A DNA stretch of 64,000 bases from the human T2T-CHM13v2.0 reference genome, Homo sapiens. Below are positions 57,674-64,000 of the stretch, one piece after another. The stretch lies in NCBI RefSeq assembly GCF_009914755.1, contig NC_060932.1; one strand, 5' to 3'. Under the pieces are notes generated by a model that worked only from the letters and a program-made list of their open reading frames with translations, did not search any database and was not told the origin of the DNA. Made by a program: the position numbers and the translations under genes. The first letter of the stretch is position 1; every line of letters begins with the position of its first letter.

Positions 57674-60600
57674 GAGTTCAAGTCTAATGTTACTGTCAAA
57701 GTAAATATTTGATGAAATTGATTTTTAAAAATACTACCTACATCCGTTAATTCAATTCCATTTGATAACACAGCAGGATGTGGGTGGGGGAAGTTCAGAG
57801 GGTCAGAAAATTAGTTAATAAATGACTAATGAGAAAATCTCCCAGGAAGGCAGTATACTAAAATGCTTTTGCTTTTCTCTTCCCTAAATCCTCCTCCTCC
57901 TCTTTTCAGCTTGATTTAGAAAAATAAGGTTCTTAGGCAACTGTTATTGTATGTATAATGCAATGCTCACAGTAGGGGTTCTGTTTAAAAAATAAAATAA
58001 ATTGAGGCTTGTGGGATAAACAGAGTGAGTCACACTTCTCCCAGATTTCTCTTCCAGGCACTTCAGTGTTGTCTCCACTGTTTGGTTTGTAAACTAAGAT
58101 GCTGAGTGAAATCTCAAGGGGAACCAACTTCCCAGCTTCAATGGTGTCCAACTAATGTTCTCCCTGGACTCAAGCTGTAAATCAACTCATGGAGAGAAGG
58201 AAAAAGTTAGTTACAGTAATTGCTGCCAAGATAGCGAGTAGTTTTCAACATTATCAATTTAATGTAAAGATTCAGCTCATTAAATTTATATCAAGCCTTT
58301 CTTATGATTAGAACAAGTTTATTTCCAGAAAAGTTCAATTATAAAACTATCAATAGGATTTACTAATTTCAATAAGTCATTTTGCTTCAGGGTGAATTAT
58401 ACTAATTATTAATACATACAAGTCCCATTTGGACATAAAGAAAACCCTAGGTAGAGAAAAAATAATAATAATTAACTAATCATTGTTTATTTTTAAATAA
58501 CTAATTTAAGAAGAAAACAATGAAGTGTGTTTGTTCCACACTTCAGAAATAACTCTAACACACTGGCAAATTCCTGAGCAATACAGAGCTCACTGCTAAT
58601 AAAGAACACCAACTCTCCCTCCTTGGAATGACTTTCCTTTTGAATAAACCGTATTAGACAGTTCTATTAAAGGACACATGATCCTTTTTATTTTTCATTA
58701 ATCTATAAGAATTTAAACATGGCAAAATAATCAAAATGTTAAAAAGTCAACTATTTTTTCATGTGTGATTATTTTAGATGCATCTCTAAATATCTTCAGC
58801 TATAACTACTTTATATCCTAAATTTCTAAACATCTAAAAAAATTCAATGGATTTTATCTCTCACATTTCTTTTGTAATCACCTGAGGTCAGATCAAAACA
58901 ATTAATTTGACCTTAACAATGTTTCTCTTATCTCACTAACTTTTAATAATTACTTTAGGATTCTTTCCCAGGCACTTGATTATGAATAGCAGAAAATCAT
59001 ATGACTGTGTTAGATGGCATCAGCTAATCCTCCAAAGCAACTGCTTCTCTCTGGTTTGGAAAGAAATCAACACCTCAGGCCTCCTCACAGAGATAATACA
59101 CAATAGGCTATAACCCACAATAATTAAAATTTCTGTTAGCAAGTCTGTGATTTCCACAGCTCCAGCTTACTGCTGGCTGTTAAAGATAACAAAAATTAAC
59201 AAGGGCCATCTACTATTGTGAGCTCTACTCATTTAGGTTCTTTGGGAATAGGGCAGGATATAAATAAATAAACACTGGTAAACAGCCTAATACCTGCTCC
59301 CAACACAAGCTAAGCAAAGGAGGTTAGAAGTGTCAATATGGTCTCACTGGATTCATCCATTTTGAATCATTTTCAACACTGTATTATTTATTATTTCACA
59401 AATTGTTTTTAACTGTCTACCACGTGAATTATGAAACCAACCACTAGGAAGGGTATAAAGATATACACTATTCATTCTCTACCTTTCAAAGGTTTAAATG
59501 TATTGGAAACACTAAATATAGTCATAGTACTTAAAATTACTATATATCCATGATGGCTTAGACAGTTCATACATGATAACCCTTCAGTCTACCCAAATCC
59601 CCACACGACAGATACTGGTTGTCCTTAGTTTATACTGTGCAAATGTAGTACCTATTCTTTGAGTGTCCACCCATTCCCATCAAAACCATTTCCTTCAGGA
59701 AAAGCTGATCTCACCTCCAGACCTCTAGGGCCAACTCTATCTATATGGTTAGACGAAACAGCAAATGCACTTTTATTATTAGTGCCAGTTTGGGTTATTT
59801 TTTCAAATTTCTGCAACAAAGTGTGATCCACAATACACAAGATCATATTCACTCCCCCAAATTAATATTTTCTTAAAGAGATGGGTGTTATATTTTCCTT
59901 CACTTTCTATTTTTCAGACATTAAGGAGAAGCTTGGCTGGCATCACAAAAGCCTGAAACATCATCAAATAAATATTTGTTGAATAAATTAGCTGAACAAA
60001 TGAATAAGTGAATAACATATTGAATATGAAATAATTTTTCTGTTCATATTTCACCCTTACTTTCCCATGTGAATATGCATGATACCATATTGTAATGATA
60101 AAAGAAAACAAAAAACAATTTGATAATGGCACAGCCCTTTGAATTTATTTGTTTTTTCTTAGCTGATTGACAATTTTGCCTACTATCTTTTTATTCTATG
60201 GTAAATCATATTGACCTACTCTCTTCCCTGTTTGACATTATTTAAAAATCATTCATAACTGAAGTTAGGTGGCTAACACCTAGAAAATCGGAAATAGAAA
60301 AGAGTCACATATGTGACCCTTAGGGCAGTAGAATGAGTGTTTTGTTTTCCTCATAGTCATCAAAAGTGCAATCGATTTCATTCAGCAGCCAACTGCAGTT
60401 GTTAAAGAAACTAATGCCATGACTTAGGGCCCTTGTTCTCCAAGGAAGCTGAAGAATGTGTAGAGATGACACACAGCCTGAGGGGAAAGGGTGTGGTGGG
60501 GAGAAGAGAAATACTTTGAAAATATTAGTCACACAGACATGCTGAAGATCCTTCACCTCATGAGTGATAACTACTCCAGTGAGAGGTGATTAACTGTTAC

Positions 60601-60895
60601 ATTTAAAGTGGGAAATGCCTATATATAGAGAGAAAATGGTTATTTATTTCCAGACCCTGCCAACTTCCATATTGCTCTCTTGCTGTGTCATAGTCACAGA
60701 CCTGTTCAAAGACAGGAAATATAATTTCTAATCTTCCTGTTCAAGAAATAATTTTATTGATCTCCACTTCATCTTTTATTTTCCCCATGATTCAGCAGGT
60801 CAAAACTGTTCCAGTTCCAGTAGCATCCTATCAGTCAGCAAAATGTCCATGAGGTTAAAATGTCTTACAAGTTAATAGGAGGTGAAGAAATTCAT

Positions 60896-60916
60896 TTCAG
60901 CACCAAGGAGAGTGCC
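60896..60916 (+). promoter_or_regulatory. RE1/NRSE silencer (REST/NRSF binding site) of STMN2/SCG10
   Basis: TTCAGCACCAAGGAGAGTGCC closely matches the RE1 consensus TTCAGCACCnnGGACAGCGCC. It lies ~1.5 kb upstream of exon 1, as known for the SCG10 NRSE. Confidence 0.95.
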
Positions 60917-62149
60917 CTGCTATTTTCAATTGGTTTTATGTATTTGAAACTGTGTATTGTTCCTGAGGATAGAAAAAAAAGTTGAAATGTGATTGGACAG
61001 AAAGCTGCTAAAAACCTATTTTAATAAGAAGAAAAAAATACATTCATTTTTCTGAAATTAAAAACTTGCCAGGGTTTCATACCTGTTCATGATTGCAACA
61101 ATGTGCTCTTCTTTTGGCTTTCAAACGTCGGAATTAGCAATTCTTTGCCTATTTTTCTAATATTAAAACCAGTTTCTGCATGGAATTAGACTGGCTCAAT
61201 AAAGTTACAGAAGAGTTAAATTAGCAGTAATTAAAAACTTCATGCAGCAACTCCTAAACTTTTTCTCACCATTTTCAGAGCTGTGCACATGGTAAATGCT
61301 CAATACATATTTAAGTCAAGTGAAAGAGAACAAATGAATGACTGGCATCCATTAAGTGAGAAGGAGGAACTAATAAATGCCTTGTTTGTAATGAAAGTCA
61401 TTTTTTGCAACTAGTCTCAAAGATCCTCACATACGACATTGCTCAATCCGAAACTTGAACACAGCCTTCCTGGGCCTACATAAACGTAGTCTCTCTGGAT
61501 CTCAGAAAAATAATGACCCAGACCACACCTTTCATCTCTTCTAAGTTTTCCATGTAAAGCATTCTCCTTAGAGCCCTGGAAAGGTTACTAAAATTTTGAC
61601 CCACTTAATCCTACACCTTCAGGGCAACATGGCATTCACCTGTGGTTTCCTTAATGCCCAAACCAGCCAGCCAACCTGTTTTCTGCCGTGTTAACAAATG
61701 GACAGGACACAGGCGCCAGAGGTTAAACTTTCTTCCTCTTCCCCCATGTCCCCAGGTGGACCATTATTACCATCCCTATTCCCAAGCAACCAGGTAGCCC
61801 CTTCCTCTGTGCCAAGGGAAGAAAACACCATGCTTCCCTCTCCTGAGAGACCTTCAAGAGTTTAGAGACGCCTAAGTCCAGCTGTGCTAAAAGATAAAGG
61901 ACAATAATGCAAGTCTGCTCTGAGCTGCCACCATAGCCAGACATAGGGTAGCCCTGAAAGACTAGAACCAAGGACAGAGCCAAAGGTGAAAGAAAATATG
62001 AAAAAGTGAAAACACAGTATTTAAACAGAATTTTCCAACAGCCTGCATATAGTGAGGACTTCTCAAGCTTCTGAATCCTTTTCCATTGAATTGTGCAATG
62101 GCACATGTATGAGCAAAGTCAAGCCTCCTGGCTCCCAGGTAGGCACAGC

Positions 62150-62466
62150 CCAGTTCTTAGCTCCTAGGAAGCTTCAGGGCTTAAAGCTCCACTCTACTTG
62201 GACTGTACTATCAGGCCCCCAAAATGGGGGGAGCCGACAGGGAAGGACTGATTTCCATTTCAAACTGCATTCTGGTACTTTGTACTCCAGCACCATTGGC
62301 CGATCAATATTTAATGCTTGGAGATTCTGACTCTGCGGGAGTCATGTCAGGGGACCTTGGGAGCCAATCTGCTTGAGCTTCTGAGTGATAATTATTCATG
62401 GGCTCCTGCCTCTTGCTCTTTCTCTAGCACGGTCCCACTCTGCAGACTCAGTGCCTTATTCAGTCT
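62150..62466 (+). promoter_or_regulatory. STMN2: STMN2 proximal promoter
   Basis: CCAAT boxes (ATTGG 62295-62299; CCAAT 62364-62368) and Inr-like TCAGTCT (62460-62466) immediately upstream of the pyrimidine-rich 5'UTR. No clear TATA at -30; exact TSS not determinable from sequence alone. Confidence 0.75.
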
Positions 62467-62559
62467 TCTCTCTCGCTCTCTCCGCTGCTGTAGCCGGACC
62501 CTTTGCCTTCGCCACTGCTCAGCGTCTGCACATCCCTACAATGGCTAAAACAGCAATGG
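62462..62559 (+). other. STMN2: STMN2 exon 1 (5'UTR plus first 19 coding nt)
   Basis: Recognised 5'UTR '...cgtctgcacatccctacaATGG'; ends at donor G|GTAAGG (62559/62560). Start position is approximate. Confidence 0.88.
62541..62559 (+). CDS. STMN2: Stathmin-2 (SCG10), first coding exon: MAKTAM plus 1 nt (phase-1 intron); rest of gene is outside the window
   Basis: acaATGG strong Kozak; MAKTAM(A) is the stathmin-2 N-terminus; canonical donor; supported by the upstream RE1 and downstream CpG island. Confidence 0.95.
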
Positions 62560-63039
62560 GTAAGGCACTGCGCCTCGTTCTCCGTCGGCTCTACCTGGAG
62601 CCCACCTCTCACCTCCTCTCTTGAGCTCTAGAAGCATTCAGAGATATTTTATAAAGAAAAAGATGTTAATGGTAACACAGGACCAGGAAGGACAGGGCAG
62701 TTCTGGGGGAGGTGGGAGGGCAGAGAAGAGGTCTATGGAAATCTAAAGCGAAGAATTTCTTTTAAAAGGTAGAAGCGGGTAAGTTGCCCTCCTATGGGTA
62801 GAGAATTTATTCTGTTTCCATATTTAAAATTAGGACTCAATCGTGAGGGGAGGAAGCTACCTTAACTGTTTGCCTTAAATGGGCTTAAGGGACATTTTGG
62901 AAAGTGCTTTATAACGACCTTTTTTTTTTTATTTCTTCTCTAGTTTAAGAAGAAAATAGGAAAGGGGTAAAGGGAAGGTGGGAGAAAGGAAAAAGAAAAT
63001 TGCAAAGTCAAAGCGGTCCCATCCCGCTGTTTGAAAGAT

Positions 63040-63600
63040 GGGTGGAGACGGGGGGAGGGGATGGAGAGAACTGGGCACATTTTACGGTATTGTCTCGTCG
63101 AAGAAACCGCTAGTCCTGGGGTGCGGTGCAGGGAGGTAAGACGGCGGGGGACAGGGTGGGGGTAGGACCTCCGCTCCTTTGTTTTAGGGCAAGGGAGGGG
63201 AAGGAGAGAGGAAGTCGCGGAGGGCGTGGAGGGCGCGGGTGGGCAGCTGCAGGGGCGGGGAAGCGCGCGGCAGGGAGGGGTGGAGGGACAGCGGCTTCGA
63301 AGGCGCTGGGGTGGGGTTTCTTTGTGTGCGGACCAGCGGTCCCGGGGGGAGGCACCTGCAGCGCTGGGCGCACAATGCGGACAGCCCCACCCAGTGCGGA
63401 ACCGCGCAGCCCCGCCCCCCGCCCGGTGCTGCATCTTCATTCGAAAGGGGGTCGGGTGGGGAGCGCAGCGTGACACCCAGGAGCCCAACCCTGCGGGGAC
63501 AGCGGCGCCACGCCCCGCGCTCCCCGCTCCCGACTCCCCGCCGCGGCTTCCAAGAGAGACCTGACCACTGACCCCGCCCTCCCCACGCTGGCCTCATTGT
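63040..63600. promoter_or_regulatory. CpG island in STMN2 intron 1
   Basis: Sharp rise in GC and CpG density versus the AT-rich window; GC boxes 'ggggcgggg' (63252-63260), 'ccccgcccc' (63410-63418), 'ccccgccc' (63572-63579). Confidence 0.85.
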
Positions 63601-64000
63601 TCTGCTTTTAAGAGAGATGGGAAAAGTGGGTTAACATTTTTCTTTTCGGAAGCAAATTACATAGAGTGTTTAGACATAGACACAGATAAAGGGTTCTTTG
63701 AAGACCTTTGATCGTTTGCGGGAAAAGCTTCTAGAACCTAGACATGTGTATGTATAATAATAGAGATGACATGAAATCGTATATAAAGCAAAAGAGGTCA
63801 AAGTCTTAAGTTAAGCCACGCGAAATTTCCGTTTTGTGGGTCAGACAGTGCCAAATATCGGCAATTTCATAAGCTCAGAGAGACAAGACAGTGGAGACAC
63901 AGGATGACCGGAAAAGATTCTGGATTCAGGGCCTTCATCCGCAATTGGTCTTGTGCCTTGAGTGCCCACGGTTCTGGCGCTCAGTGGCCCCGGGGTGAAA

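Noticed and set aside
62385-62624. 79-aa ORF containing MAKTAMG
   Set aside because: Starts at GTG upstream of the likely TSS and reads through the exon-1 donor into the intron; only 62541-62559 is real coding sequence.
62940-63597. Several overlapping 87-182 aa Pro/Arg/Gly-rich ORFs on both strands
   Set aside because: Stop-codon scarcity in the CpG island; no recognisable protein similarity.
62560-64000. STMN2 TDP-43-regulated cryptic exon 2a and its GU-rich sites
   Set aside because: From recall it lies several kb into intron 1; only ~1.4 kb of the intron is in the window and no such exon is visible.

Overview
Human genomic DNA (AT-rich, dominated by primate Alu/L1/MaLR repeats, with a human-specific AluYa5). 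The window is about 62 kb of intergenic sequence upstream of STMN2 (stathmin-2/SCG10, chr8q21 from recall). It ends in the STMN2 promoter, exon 1 (ATGGCTAAAACAGCAATGG|gtaagg = MAKTAM..., 62541-62559), and a CpG-rich start of intron 1. The classic SCG10 RE1/NRSE silencer is at 60896-60916. The only other gene-derived sequence is a disabled RPL3 processed pseudogene (minus strand). Nearly all ORFs in the supplied track are retroelement remnants, low-complexity artefacts or antisense shadows. I found no convincing new multi-gene system. The most interesting observation is that the RPL3 retrocopy and the Alu fused to its 5' end share one target-site duplication, suggesting an Alu-mRNA template-switch chimera. 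Also notable are a very clean twin-primed young L1 fragment, an AluYa5 that may be polymorphic, a deeply nested L1/Hsmar2/Alu stack, and a full-length THE1 element with a DUX4-type motif in only one LTR. Subfamily calls are by eye and old-repeat boundaries are approximate.
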